Origin: Candidatus Latescibacterota bacterium
GTDB lineage: Bacteria > Latescibacterota > UBA2968
Length of the DNA stretch: 64,000 nt
Assembly (NCBI GenBank): GCA_965198115.1
Contig: OZ240241.1
Location: 6,304,001-6,368,000 of the forward strand
Reading direction: 5' to 3'
The position numbers were made by a program, and so were the translations under genes. The notes below the pieces were generated by a model. That model saw nothing but the letters and a program-made list of their open reading frames with translations. It ran no database searches and was not told the DNA's origin. Below, in pieces: positions 50,896 to 59,949 of this stretch (its first letter is position 1; each line of letters opens with the position of its first letter).

Positions 50896-52269
50896 GAGCT
50901 ATAATCAAAAGGTGTGGAAAAAGAGAAAGGGCGACCCTACCCTTCCCGTGAGATAGTTGATTCACACAAAACCGGGTGAGAGGCCCGGTTGGGAAGGAGG
51001 ATCGCCGTGAAGGAACATACGCATAGAGCCCCATTGAAGTCCATGCCGACGTGGGAGACGGTTGACGATTGGATCCGTGAAGAGATCCAGGGCCGGTTCC
51101 AGTCCATTCTGGAGGAGGAGGCGACCGCGTTCTTGGGCCGGTCGTGGTATGAGCGCCGAGCCGAGGTCGATAGCTCCAGGGGCTACAGGAACGGCTACGG
51201 CAAGCCCCGGCGTCTCTCGACGAGCTGCGGAACGATCAAGGTCCGGCGTCCCCGGGTTCGTGGTCTGGAAGAGCGGTTTGAAAGCCGCATCCTCCCCCTG
51301 TTCGCCCGGAGAACCAGGGCCATTGGAGATCTGCTTCCCGACCTTTATCTCCACGGTCTCTCCCAGGGCGACTTCGAGTTGTCTTTGCGTGCGCTGCTCG
51401 GTGATGGCGCGCCGCTTTCGCCGACCTCGATCGCTCGTCTTCGAGGGAAGTGGGAGGTCGACTTCCAGGACTGGAAAGAAAGGCGTCTGGATAATCGCGA
51501 ACTGGTCTACGCCTGGGCTGATGGCATCTACGTCAAAGCCGGGCTCGAGCGCGAGAAGGCGTGTCTGCTGGTCGTGATCGGCGCGATGAGCGACGGCAGC
51601 AAGGAGATCCTGGCGATAGAACCCGGTTATCGAGAGTCTACAGAATCCTGGCTCACGGTGCTACGGGATCTCCGGGATCGCGGGCTCGAACATCCTGTCC
51701 TGATCGCCGCGGACGGGAATATGGGCATCTGGGCGGCCGTTGATCAGGTCTGGCCAGAGAGCCGGCAACAACGGTGCTGGAACCACAAGATCCTCAACGT
51801 GCTCGACAAGGTCGCCAAGCGTGCACAGGCTGAAGCCCGCGCACTGCTCGTCCAGATCCCCTATGCCGGCACGAAAAAGGAGGCCGAGAAGCTCCGGAAA
51901 CGCTTTGCCGCACGGTATCGCTCACAGTTCCCTGCCGCCGTGGAGACGCTCGAAAGAGACTGGGATCGGATGGTCACGTTCTACGACTTCCCGAAGGAAC
52001 ACTGGAAACACCTGAGAACCACGAACGTCGTCGAGAGCCCCTTTGCTTCCGTTCGGCTTCGCACAAACGCCGCCAGGCGATTCAAGAAAGTCAGGAACGC
52101 CACGACTCTCATCTGGCGTACGCTCAAGGTCGCAGAGAGCCGATTCAGGAAACTCACCGCGCCACACTTGCTACAACAAGTCTACGATCAGAAACACTCA
52201 ACCGAACCGCAGGTCGAAGCCGGGAAGATGGCCGCCTGATTTCTTTTACACACCTATTGACCTGAACTC
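50896..52269 (+). mobile_element. IS256-family element (1374 bp), no target duplication seen
   Basis: IRs GAGCTATAATCAAAAGGTGTGGAAAA and the reverse complement of the right end, GAGTTCAGGTCAATAGGTGTGTAAAA. Confidence 0.88.
51007..52239 (+). CDS. IS256-family transposase, intact
   Basis: GYRNGY, WADGIY, ADGNMG, QRCWNHK, LRTTNVVES; AAGGAGG RBS. Confidence 0.95.
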   Translation: MKEHTHRAPLKSMPTWETVDDWIREEIQGRFQSILEEEATAFLGRSWYERRAEVDSSRGYRNGYGKPRRLSTSCGTIKVRRPRVRGLEERFESRILPLFARRTRAIGDLLPDLYLHGLSQGDFELSLRALLGDGAPLSPTSIARLRGKWEVDFQDWKERRLDNRELVYAWADGIYVKAGLEREKACLLVVIGAMSDGSKEILAIEPGYRESTESWLTVLRDLRDRGLEHPVLIAADGNMGIWAAVDQVWPESRQQRCWNHKILNVLDKVAKRAQAEARALLVQIPYAGTKKEAEKLRKRFAARYRSQFPAAVETLERDWDRMVTFYDFPKEHWKHLRTTNVVESPFASVRLRTNAARRFKKVRNATTLIWRTLKVAESRFRKLTAPHLLQQVYDQKHSTEPQVEAGKMAA

Positions 52270-52413
52270 GATCCAACGGGAAGTTCAGCGACTGCGCCGC
52301 AACATGGGCGGCCGCGGACGGTTTGGTCAAGCGGGAACTCGGAGCTATCGTTGGAGTGCAATGAGGCGCCGTGGCGCGCCAACGCAAGATTCCGAGCGAG
52401 GAGGATGAGAGAG

Positions 52414-53301
52414 ATGAAATGGCTACAGACGACACAAAAGGTGCAGTTGCTGGGCTTATTCGCCCATCCCCACGATCTCACGCACGCCCTGGGGACCATG
52501 GGCAATCACATTGACAATGGCGACGGCGTCACGGTCGCCATCCTCACCGATGGCGGCGGTACGCACAACGAGCGCCTCTTCGAGGAGCTGCGCAAGGATG
52601 CGTCGGAGCGCGACGCCGGGGTCACCGAGCAGCAGCGCCAGGAATACACGGAGCAAAAGTACGACGAGGCGCGGCACGCCTGCTCCCTGTTCGGGATAGA
52701 CGATGTGCGCTTCATGGGGTATCCGGACAAACCCCTGCGCAGCAGTGACGAAATCGTGGACGCGGTAGCCGACCTCATCTGTGACGTGAAGCCGGACGTG
52801 CTGATCACGGAAACGCCGGAGAAGCAGACGCGCAGCCGCACTTCCGGCGGCGGGGATGACCACACGATGACGGCGACCATCGTCAACGACGCCCTCGTCA
52901 TCGCCAGCCATCCACGCCAGGGCCAGAAGCGCGTACCCCACAAACCCGCACGTATCTACTACTGCGCCCCGTCTGAACCCAATGATCAAGTCGACGTCTA
53001 CGTCGACATTTCGAAGTGGGAAGAGCAGCGCATCGAGGCGGAGATGAGTTACAAGTCCCAGGGTCACACGCCGGCCTACGCCCGCCAGCGCATCGTGCGC
53101 AATTACGGGCATTACGGCTGGTGCGCCGGCGTCAACTTGGCTGAGAAGTTTCTGCGCGGCAACGCCAACGTCACATCTCTGCTTCCAGTTACCGATCTCG
53201 ATCTGAGAAACTCGAAGGGCTCGGGTATCGATCGCGCCATGAGTGTGATGGGCGACGAATACAGAAAAGACGTGGAGGAGACGATCAGGACGGGGAGCTG
53301 A
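52414..53301 (+). CDS. PIG-L/LmbE-family deacetylase
   Basis: FAHPHD, ILTDG, EARHAC, KPDVLIT, DDH, YVDIS, SYKSQ. Confidence 0.8.
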   Translation: MKWLQTTQKVQLLGLFAHPHDLTHALGTMGNHIDNGDGVTVAILTDGGGTHNERLFEELRKDASERDAGVTEQQRQEYTEQKYDEARHACSLFGIDDVRFMGYPDKPLRSSDEIVDAVADLICDVKPDVLITETPEKQTRSRTSGGGDDHTMTATIVNDALVIASHPRQGQKRVPHKPARIYYCAPSEPNDQVDVYVDISKWEEQRIEAEMSYKSQGHTPAYARQRIVRNYGHYGWCAGVNLAEKFLRGNANVTSLLPVTDLDLRNSKGSGIDRAMSVMGDEYRKDVEETIRTGS

Positions 53302-53306
53302 CCACT

Positions 53307-53408
53307 GTGGAACGCGCGATCGGAACACAGAAACAGATCCTCTTCGACGACGCCCTGGTCGAAGACAAGCGCGGTTTCGCTTTCAGTTCACCGACTGAAG
53401 TCGTGTAG
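53307..53408 (+). pseudogene. Internally deleted gene remnant (33 aa)
   Basis: GGAG RBS; VERAIGTQKQILFDDALVEDKRGF resembles the N-terminus of larger beta-propeller hypothetical proteins. Confidence 0.4.
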
Positions 53409-53418
53409 GAGGATACGC

Positions 53419-54585
53419 ATGTCCGAGCGAGACAGGACCTACCGCGTCGGCATCATCGGCGCGGGACTGAAGGGCACTCAGCACGCACAGGCCTTTGCCG
53501 AGCATCCCGCCGCTGAGGTCGTGGCCGGGGCCGACACCGATGCAGCTAACCTGGCGATGTTCGGCGAACGGTTCGGCCGCACCGCTGGCCTGTACGCCGA
53601 TTACGACGAGATGCTGGCGCACGAGGAGCTGGACATCGTCTGCCCCATCCTGCCAACGGGCGTGAACCCGGATGCCGTGGTGGCGGCGGCCGAGGCGGGC
53701 GCACGTGGCGTGTTGTGCGAGAAGCCTATCGCCGCGACTCTGGCTGACGCCGACCGCATGGTCGACGTCTGTCACGCCCACGGCGTCAAGTTCGGCGCCG
53801 GTGACATGTACCGTAACTACGAGCAGCTGTGGCGCGCGAGGGAGATGATCGCGGCAGGGGAGATCGGCGACGTCATCTCCCTCGTCAACCGCGGGCCAGC
53901 GAGCTCAGGCAATGGGTGCCAGGACCTGAGCGTGGTGCGTCTGTTCGCCGGCGATGTACCGGTGGAATGGGTCGTCGGCTGGTCGAACGGCCGCCCCCTG
54001 GATGAGGCCCTCGGCGCCGTCGACGCCTCCAGCGATCACGACCAGGAGCTCGGCGGCGTGATCCGCTTCTCCTCCGGCCTGTCCGCTCAGATCGTCGACA
54101 AACCGGGCCCGCTCAACGGGATCGAAGTCCTCTGCGAACGCGGCGTGTTCACGAGTGACTACACCTCATTTCGACTGCTCGAGCGCTCCGCGCAAACGGA
54201 CAAAGGACGGAGTCTGTTCGACCTGGTGGAAATGCCCGGTCTGTTCGAGGACTCGGTCGATTGGGGTGGTCGCTACGAGGATGGCTACGATGCGGCTGGC
54301 TGGCTGGGAATGGCCTCGCGCCAGGCCGCCACGGCGCAGTCGATGATCGATGCCCTCGAAGAGGACATCGAGCCGCGGGCCAATGGCGAGAACGCGCGCG
54401 CCGTGCTGGAACTGGCCATCGCGATGCGCGAATCGGAGCGCCGCGGGCACCAACCGGTGACGTTGCCCCTGGAGGACCGGAGCCTGCAGATCCTCCCGGC
54501 TGCCCCTCGCATGTACTACAAGAAGGAAGTCCGCGGTGAGGAATGGTACGCGCAGCAGCTGGCGAGCCAGAAGCGCGAAACGTGA
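53419..54585 (+). CDS. Gfo/Idh/MocA oxidoreductase
   Basis: VGIIGAG, LYADYDEML, CEKPIA; AGGAGG RBS. Confidence 0.92.
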   Translation: MSERDRTYRVGIIGAGLKGTQHAQAFAEHPAAEVVAGADTDAANLAMFGERFGRTAGLYADYDEMLAHEELDIVCPILPTGVNPDAVVAAAEAGARGVLCEKPIAATLADADRMVDVCHAHGVKFGAGDMYRNYEQLWRAREMIAAGEIGDVISLVNRGPASSGNGCQDLSVVRLFAGDVPVEWVVGWSNGRPLDEALGAVDASSDHDQELGGVIRFSSGLSAQIVDKPGPLNGIEVLCERGVFTSDYTSFRLLERSAQTDKGRSLFDLVEMPGLFEDSVDWGGRYEDGYDAAGWLGMASRQAATAQSMIDALEEDIEPRANGENARAVLELAIAMRESERRGHQPVTLPLEDRSLQILPAAPRMYYKKEVRGEEWYAQQLASQKRET

Positions 54586-54710
54586 CGACCGGCGAATGGA
54601 TCATGATCCGGAACGGCGGGCTACTTCGCGACCGGCTGGCACCTGAGGAAATTCAGGAGCTCAACAGAGAACCATGACCGGAACGGAGGCGCACCATTCG
54701 GGGAGGGAAG

Positions 54711-55181
54711 ATGAACGCTCTGGAAGTCCGCAAGGCTTCGACAGAGGATTTCGAATTCCTTGCATCTTTGCTGGTCCTGGCCGATCAGGACAGACTTGCA
54801 GGAAGAGATGGTTGGGAGCGCGAGCAGTTCGTCGACCGATGTCGATCGCAAACCGGAGAAGAGGTAGCAGGAAAAGTAGCGAATAGCCTGACCTCCGTGG
54901 TTGAGGCAGATGGCATGCCAGTCGGTAGGCTGCGAGTGGTGCGAACGAGCGAAGAGCTGTACATCGCCGGGATTCAGGTTCTTCCTGAGCATCAAGGAAG
55001 AGGGATCGGCAGCAAAGTGGTTCGCTCCGTAATAGGCGAAGGAAGGAGGAAGGGCTTGCCAGTCAGACGGGAAGTTGAAAAGGCCAACCCGGATGCCAAG
55101 CGTCTATATATGCGGCTCGGCTTTAGAGTGATTGAAGATCGCGACACTATGGAGCTGATGGAGATACCTCATGGCGCATGA
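54711..55181 (+). CDS. GNAT acetyltransferase
   Basis: IQVLPEHQGRGIGS, NPDAKRLYMRLGF. Confidence 0.88.
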   Translation: MNALEVRKASTEDFEFLASLLVLADQDRLAGRDGWEREQFVDRCRSQTGEEVAGKVANSLTSVVEADGMPVGRLRVVRTSEELYIAGIQVLPEHQGRGIGSKVVRSVIGEGRRKGLPVRREVEKANPDAKRLYMRLGFRVIEDRDTMELMEIPHGA

Positions 55182-55210
55182 CAATCACCGCGGGGGAAAA
55201 CCTTGAGTGA

Positions 55211-55596
55211 CGAGTTCTACACGCGACCTGTGCTTTGCGTCTGCCGTCACGAGCTCCGCCCATCGCACCTCCAGCTTTCCGCTCATCCTGAGTAGCGGGC
55301 GGCTTCAAGCCCGCATATCGAAGGACCCCTTCCTCAGGCCCAATTCGAATACGCCGGCTGACGCGCCCTTTCCGCTGTCGCCTTGAGTGCGACCGGGGAG
55401 AAGTGCGTCCTCGCGGTGCCCCTTTCGTCTGCAGAGAGCCCCCCTGGTCGCCTGCCTTCGCCCAGGCTGCTGCAAGCGTGGCCACCCAACGATTCAAACG
55501 CCCCGCATTAGGCTGGCGCACCCCCCGCTCCGCCCAAACCTGAGCTCGATTCCCTTGTCAGGCTACGTGAGAACGCCGTTTATTCTTCCTATCCGC
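55211..55596 (+). mobile_element. IS91/ISCR 3' remnant: transposase C-terminal tail plus oriIS-like end
   Basis: LRLPSRAPPIAPP* at 55211-55291; ~300 bp non-coding; ends in CCGTTTATTCTTCCTATCC, similar to IS91/ISCR oriIS ends (..TTCCTAT..). Confidence 0.7.
55527..55596 (+). repeat. 70-bp direct repeat, copy 1 (oriIS-like)
   Basis: Identical to 56750-56818 except for one extra T. Confidence 0.95.
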
Positions 55597-55697
55597 CTCA
55601 GCTGTGGGTGATGGACGCTGACGGCGGCGGGCAGCGATGCCTGACGACCGGCGACAGCGGCAGTGGCGTCGACCATCCGCGCTGGCTGCCCGGTTGA
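55597..55697 (+). pseudogene. 3' remnant of a TolB-like beta-propeller gene
   Basis: QLWVMDADGGGQRCLT...DHPRWLPG* begins directly at the repeat end. Confidence 0.65.
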
Positions 55698-55707
55698 TGC
55701 CGGGCGG

Positions 55708-56718
55708 TCAGAAGGCGGGTATCTTCACCGCCTGCGCCTCTCCGGTACGAATCGAAGCCTCGATGCATTCCACGAGCACGGCCGAGCGGATCCCCTCGCG
55801 GGCGCCGATGGCCGGGTCCGTCCCGGTGCGAATGGCGCTCACGAGGTCGCACAAGCGGGGCGCCTCGGACGCTTTCACGGTCTCGGTGACAAGCTCGCCG
55901 GAGGCGGCGTTGGGGAGCGTGAAGGTGGCGGTCTTGAAGTGCTCGTGGAGGACGGCGGTGCCGGCACCGTCGAAGAACTCGAAGAACCACTTCGACAGGA
56001 TCTCGTTGCGGCCCGCATCCGTCATCAGGAAGGTGGCCACGGAGCCGTTGGCGAAGCGCAGCGTGGCGGCGCAGGTGTCGACCATGTCCGGGCTGCCGAG
56101 CTGGCCAGCATGGGTGATCTGGCCGCCGGTGGCGAAGACCTCCACGGGGTCGGCGTCGTGCACCCAGCAGAGCAGGTCGAGGGCGTGCACGCCGACGTCG
56201 TAGAGCGGCCCGCCGCCGATCGTCGGGTGCCAGCGCCAGGTCGTCAGGTCCGCGGGTGCCTGCGTGCACTGGCCGTGGCTGACGAGCGGCGTTCCGAGGC
56301 GCTGACGGATCGCGCGGGCCGCCCCGGAAAAGCGTATGGAGAAGTTCAGCTGCAGCCGGCACCCGCTGGCCTTGCGCGCCGCCTCGATGCGCAGGCAGTC
56401 GGCGACATTCATGGCCATCGGCTTCTCGAGGAACAGGTGCTTACCGGCTTCGAAGGCGGCCACGGCGAGGTCTGCGTGGGAGTCGTGGGCCGTGGCGATG
56501 GCGAGGATGTCGATCTCCGGGTCCTCGAGCAAGCGGGCCGGGTCGGTCGTGTGCACGGCGCCGTCGTGCTCGGCGGCGAGTCTCTCCGCAGTCCCCGCGT
56601 CGACGTCGCAGAACGCTCGTACGGTGACATCGGCATCGATGGTGGCATACTTCGCGTGCGCACGGCCAGCACCTCCGCAACCGATCAGGCCCCAACCGAA
56701 AACTTTGTTCGTCATCAA
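55708..56718 (-). CDS. Gfo/Idh/MocA oxidoreductase
   Basis: WGLIGCGG, GKHLFLEKPMA, GGGPLYDVGVHALD; AGGAGGT RBS. Confidence 0.93.
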   Translation of the reverse strand: MMTNKVFGWGLIGCGGAGRAHAKYATIDADVTVRAFCDVDAGTAERLAAEHDGAVHTTDPARLLEDPEIDILAIATAHDSHADLAVAAFEAGKHLFLEKPMAMNVADCLRIEAARKASGCRLQLNFSIRFSGAARAIRQRLGTPLVSHGQCTQAPADLTTWRWHPTIGGGPLYDVGVHALDLLCWVHDADPVEVFATGGQITHAGQLGSPDMVDTCAATLRFANGSVATFLMTDAGRNEILSKWFFEFFDGAGTAVLHEHFKTATFTLPNAASGELVTETVKASEAPRLCDLVSAIRTGTDPAIGAREGIRSAVLVECIEASIRTGEAQAVKIPAF

Positions 56719-56749
56719 TCACCTCCTGGTCGCTTGAGCAGTCGCTTGA

Positions 56750-56818
56750 GCTCCGCCCAAACCTGAGCTCGATCCCTTGTCAGGCTACGTGAGAACGCCG
56801 TTTATTCTTCCTATCCGC
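56750..56818 (+). repeat. 69-bp direct repeat, copy 2 (oriIS-like)
   Basis: GCTCCGCCCAAACCTGAGCTCGATCCCTTGTCAGGCTACGTGAGAACGCCGTTTATTCTTCCTATCCGC. Confidence 0.95.
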
Positions 56819-56946
56819 TAAGATCATCAATGTCCTCTGGATAGATCAGGGGGAATCCGAGCGTATCTCGGAAGAACTCGACCTGGGTTTGCATGTTCGT
56901 GACATACAGAATGACCCGATTCAGTCTGATTCCGGAAGGATGGCAT
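56819..56946 (-). pseudogene. VOC/glyoxalase N-terminal fragment cut at the repeat
   Basis: GIRLNRVILYVTNMQTQVEFFRDTLGFPLIYP runs into repeat copy 2. Confidence 0.7.
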
Positions 56947-57066
56947 GATTTCGCGCTCATTGACGTTACTCCGAACAAGATTACCACCAACGCTCAGAAG
57001 GCAGGCTCGGGACCGCTTCATCGCCTGTTCCTTTCACAGTCCTTGTGGCAGCTCACGAGGAATCCT

Positions 57067-57858
57067 TCAACTCATTCTCATTCCACCGTCGACATTGAGT
57101 GACTGGCCCGTGATATTCCTTGCACGGTCCGACGAGAGGAAGGCGACCGCCATTCCGATGTCCTTGGGCGTCTGTTCCCGTCCGAGAGGGCAGTTTGCCT
57201 CAAGGTAATTCTCGAACGTCTTCCGTTCCTCGATTTCCTCCTCAGTTTCGACCTCGCCGAACATTGACTCCAGTTCCCGCCACATATTTGTCCACAAGAG
57301 GCCCGGACAGACCGCGTTTACGTTGATGTTGTGCGGGCCGAGGGAGGAAGCCAACGACTGCGTCAGGCTGATGGCGCCCGCTTTCGAGGCTCCGTAGTGT
57401 GGCAGCCCGGCTGAACCCTTTCGTCCCGCGATCGATGCGATGTTGACGATTTTTCCGCCACCATTGGCCACGAAGTGATCCACGAGTCCGCTGCTGACAA
57501 TCCAGATTCCTTTGAGGTTCACGCTGTAACACGTGTCCCAATCGTCGAGGTCAACGGCTCCACCCACGTGTTTTCCCACGACGCCGGCATTGTTTACGAG
57601 GATGTCGATTCGATCGTGCTCCGCGAGTGCTGCTTCCAGTCCTGCGGAGACCGATATCTCATCGGCGACATCCATTTCGACGACAGTGGCCATGCGGTTC
57701 AGATCTTCGATGTCGCTTGCCGTCTTTTCGGCGTTTTCAAGGTCGAGATCCGCGATGACGATGTCGGAACCTTCCTTGGCCAGTTCCAGAGAAATACCAC
57801 GACCGATTCCGCGTCCCCCACCCTTGATCAGTGCTGTTTTGTCGTCGAGGGTACCCAC
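57067..57858 (-). CDS. SDR family oxidoreductase
   Basis: GGGRGIG, NNAG, YGASKAG, NVDGG. Confidence 0.93.
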   Translation of the reverse strand: MGTLDDKTALIKGGGRGIGRGISLELAKEGSDIVIADLDLENAEKTASDIEDLNRMATVVEMDVADEISVSAGLEAALAEHDRIDILVNNAGVVGKHVGGAVDLDDWDTCYSVNLKGIWIVSSGLVDHFVANGGGKIVNIASIAGRKGSAGLPHYGASKAGAISLTQSLASSLGPHNINVNAVCPGLLWTNMWRELESMFGEVETEEEIEERKTFENYLEANCPLGREQTPKDIGMAVAFLSSDRARNITGQSLNVDGGMRMS

Positions 57859-57874
57859 TTAGAGAGTCCTTAAA

Positions 57875-58864
57875 CTAGGCTGATACAGGATGGGCAGCTC
57901 TTACGAGGTCCACTCCGCGGTACACAGTTTCCGGGGTGATCCCCGCCTTTTTGAGACAGGCGTCGATAAACTGGATTTCATCGTGGGAGAGTTTGTGAAG
58001 GGGCGGCCTCACGTGTGCGGATTCGAGTCGACCCAACAGTACGAGGGATTCCTTCATTCGGTTATGCATGTCGAGGAATGGGTCGCTATAGAACGCCTGA
58101 ACCGTGTGGTAGATCCGATGGTTCACGGCTTGCGCGGTGATCAGGTCTTTCGAGGCGACAGCTTCCCACAGCGCTACTTGAAAGTCCGGAATCACGCTGC
58201 CGGCGCCGGAAAGGAGACCGTCACACCCGAGGACGAGAGATCCAAGGAGCCAAGCGCTGTGTGTCGAGAGGATGTTGACCGGTGTCTCGAGGCTGTGTAA
58301 CTCTCGAATGTGCCTCTCGTGCAGCGCTGGATCGTTGCACCAGTCCTTGATCGCCCGGATCGCGGGAAAACGACGACAGAGATCGAGCAACGTATCGAGG
58401 GGATATCCAAGACCGCTGCTCAAAGGGTACTGAAACAGGATGAGCGGTAACTGTGTCTGTTCCGCGATACATTCGAAATGACGAACGGCCATTTCGGGCC
58501 GTTTCTGGCCACCCATGGTCATGCTTCCCGGTGGAAAGACGAGGAGACACGCAGCGCCGGCCTCCTCCGCCATTTTCGCGATTTGTCCAGCCTCTATGCT
58601 GCCTCCGGTGAAGACGCCAGCGATGATGGGAAGTCGTCCTGCGAGCTCATCGACCGCGATCCGGATTCCTTCTCGCTGCTCGTCGAGAGTCATGGCATGG
58701 ATTTCGGCTGCATGGCCGTTTACGGTGATTGCGCTGATTCCGTGTACGGATGCGAGGTCGTTGAGGTGACTCCGATACGCGGCCTCGTCGATTGCAAGAC
58801 TTGCGTCGAAGGGCAGGAGGCAGGCGGGGATAACGCCTGAGGGAGTGTAGTTATCGAGTGACAC
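57875..58864 (-). CDS. DHDPS/NAL-family class I aldolase
   Basis: SGVIPACLLPF, NGHAAE, LFQY, AIKDW (Schiff-base Lys), VRPPL; GAGGT RBS. Confidence 0.88.
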   Translation of the reverse strand: MSLDNYTPSGVIPACLLPFDASLAIDEAAYRSHLNDLASVHGISAITVNGHAAEIHAMTLDEQREGIRIAVDELAGRLPIIAGVFTGGSIEAGQIAKMAEEAGAACLLVFPPGSMTMGGQKRPEMAVRHFECIAEQTQLPLILFQYPLSSGLGYPLDTLLDLCRRFPAIRAIKDWCNDPALHERHIRELHSLETPVNILSTHSAWLLGSLVLGCDGLLSGAGSVIPDFQVALWEAVASKDLITAQAVNHRIYHTVQAFYSDPFLDMHNRMKESLVLLGRLESAHVRPPLHKLSHDEIQFIDACLKKAGITPETVYRGVDLVRAAHPVSA

Positions 58865-59004
58865 GTCTACCTCATTGGATTTGTGTGCACATCGGAGAGG
58901 CGTTTCATCGAGCGCGAGTCGAGTATGCCAGCGGCGTAGAGGCCGGGGCAGGAGAAGAAACTGCTTTTTGCTTGTGCTCAATCTATTTATCCTCCAATCA
59001 AGCT

Positions 59005-59901
59005 TCAGATTTTCTGGGCGATCTCCAGCCGCAGCCCATCGAGCCCTTCGAAGGCGAACGCGCGCCTCGACATGCCTGGCAGGGGCGTTCGCGTGGACGG
59101 CGGAGCCCCGACAGCCACACCCCTTTGAGCCAGTTCGTCGTAGGCCTGTGCGACGTCGTCGGTCCAGAAGCCCAGTGCGCCGACCGCTCCAGGTCCTACT
59201 GGCCATCCCCTGGTGGATTCGCTTTGCGTGAGCTCCAGGTCGGTCATACCCGCAGCAAAAACCGATTCTTCGAACCCTTCTACGGCCGGTACTGTTTCTG
59301 TTCTGTGGCTCAGTTCTTCCAGGCCCAGCTTCAGGCCATAGAAATCTCTTTCGGCGCTGACGTCGCTGCAGATGATTTGCACGTGGTCGAAGCCTTGCAG
59401 CAGGCCTGGACCGCAGGCCGCCGCCCGCGCTCTTTTCTCATCGAGGCGACCCTGCAGATGCTCGCGCGGGTCGATCAGGTCGGCTATCTGAATGATATAT
59501 CCATCCGGGTCGTTGAACTGAAGAAGCGATCTTTGCATATACGCGTGGTCCATCGGTTGCACGCTGGGGCCATCAGGGGTTGTGAGCGGATTGCTCACCA
59601 GAGACTTTTTCAACACCCTGAATGCTTCATGGTTATCTGCCGTGTAAAAAGCAAAGTGCCCCACGGAACCGGGCACGTCCCTGGGGTCCTTTCTCTCGCC
59701 GGAAGGCAGCAACGACGTCACGGCATCGGCGTCTTCGTGCAGCTCGAGGACCGAATCGCCTATGGCAAACATCGACACTCGATCTCCGTGCGGACCTGCT
59801 CCGTGTGCCAATCCCTCCAGGCCGAGCTGTTCGCCGTATAGCGTGCGGCAGGCGGCCAGGTGGAGCACGCGCATCTCGAGATGGGCAATGCCAGTCAGCA
59901 T
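59005..59901 (-). CDS. Two-domain VOC family protein
   Basis: GIAHLEM...LELHE...GHFAF...DPDGYIIQI and FDHVQI...DGLRLEI. Confidence 0.85.
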   Translation of the reverse strand: MLTGIAHLEMRVLHLAACRTLYGEQLGLEGLAHGAGPHGDRVSMFAIGDSVLELHEDADAVTSLLPSGERKDPRDVPGSVGHFAFYTADNHEAFRVLKKSLVSNPLTTPDGPSVQPMDHAYMQRSLLQFNDPDGYIIQIADLIDPREHLQGRLDEKRARAAACGPGLLQGFDHVQIICSDVSAERDFYGLKLGLEELSHRTETVPAVEGFEESVFAAGMTDLELTQSESTRGWPVGPGAVGALGFWTDDVAQAYDELAQRGVAVGAPPSTRTPLPGMSRRAFAFEGLDGLRLEIAQKI

Positions 59902-59949
59902 GATTTCTCTTTCCCCCCGCTTCAGAAGGGCCCCCGATCGTTCTTCCGA

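Noticed and set aside
55527-56818. Direct repeats as a CRISPR array or prophage att sites
   Set aside because: Only two 70-bp copies 1.2 kb apart, no cas or integrase genes, and an IS91 oriIS-like end.
54600-57060. Further attC-like fragments near 55175 and 56985-57030
   Set aside because: No complementary R''/R' pair or convincing hairpin, and no integrase in the window.
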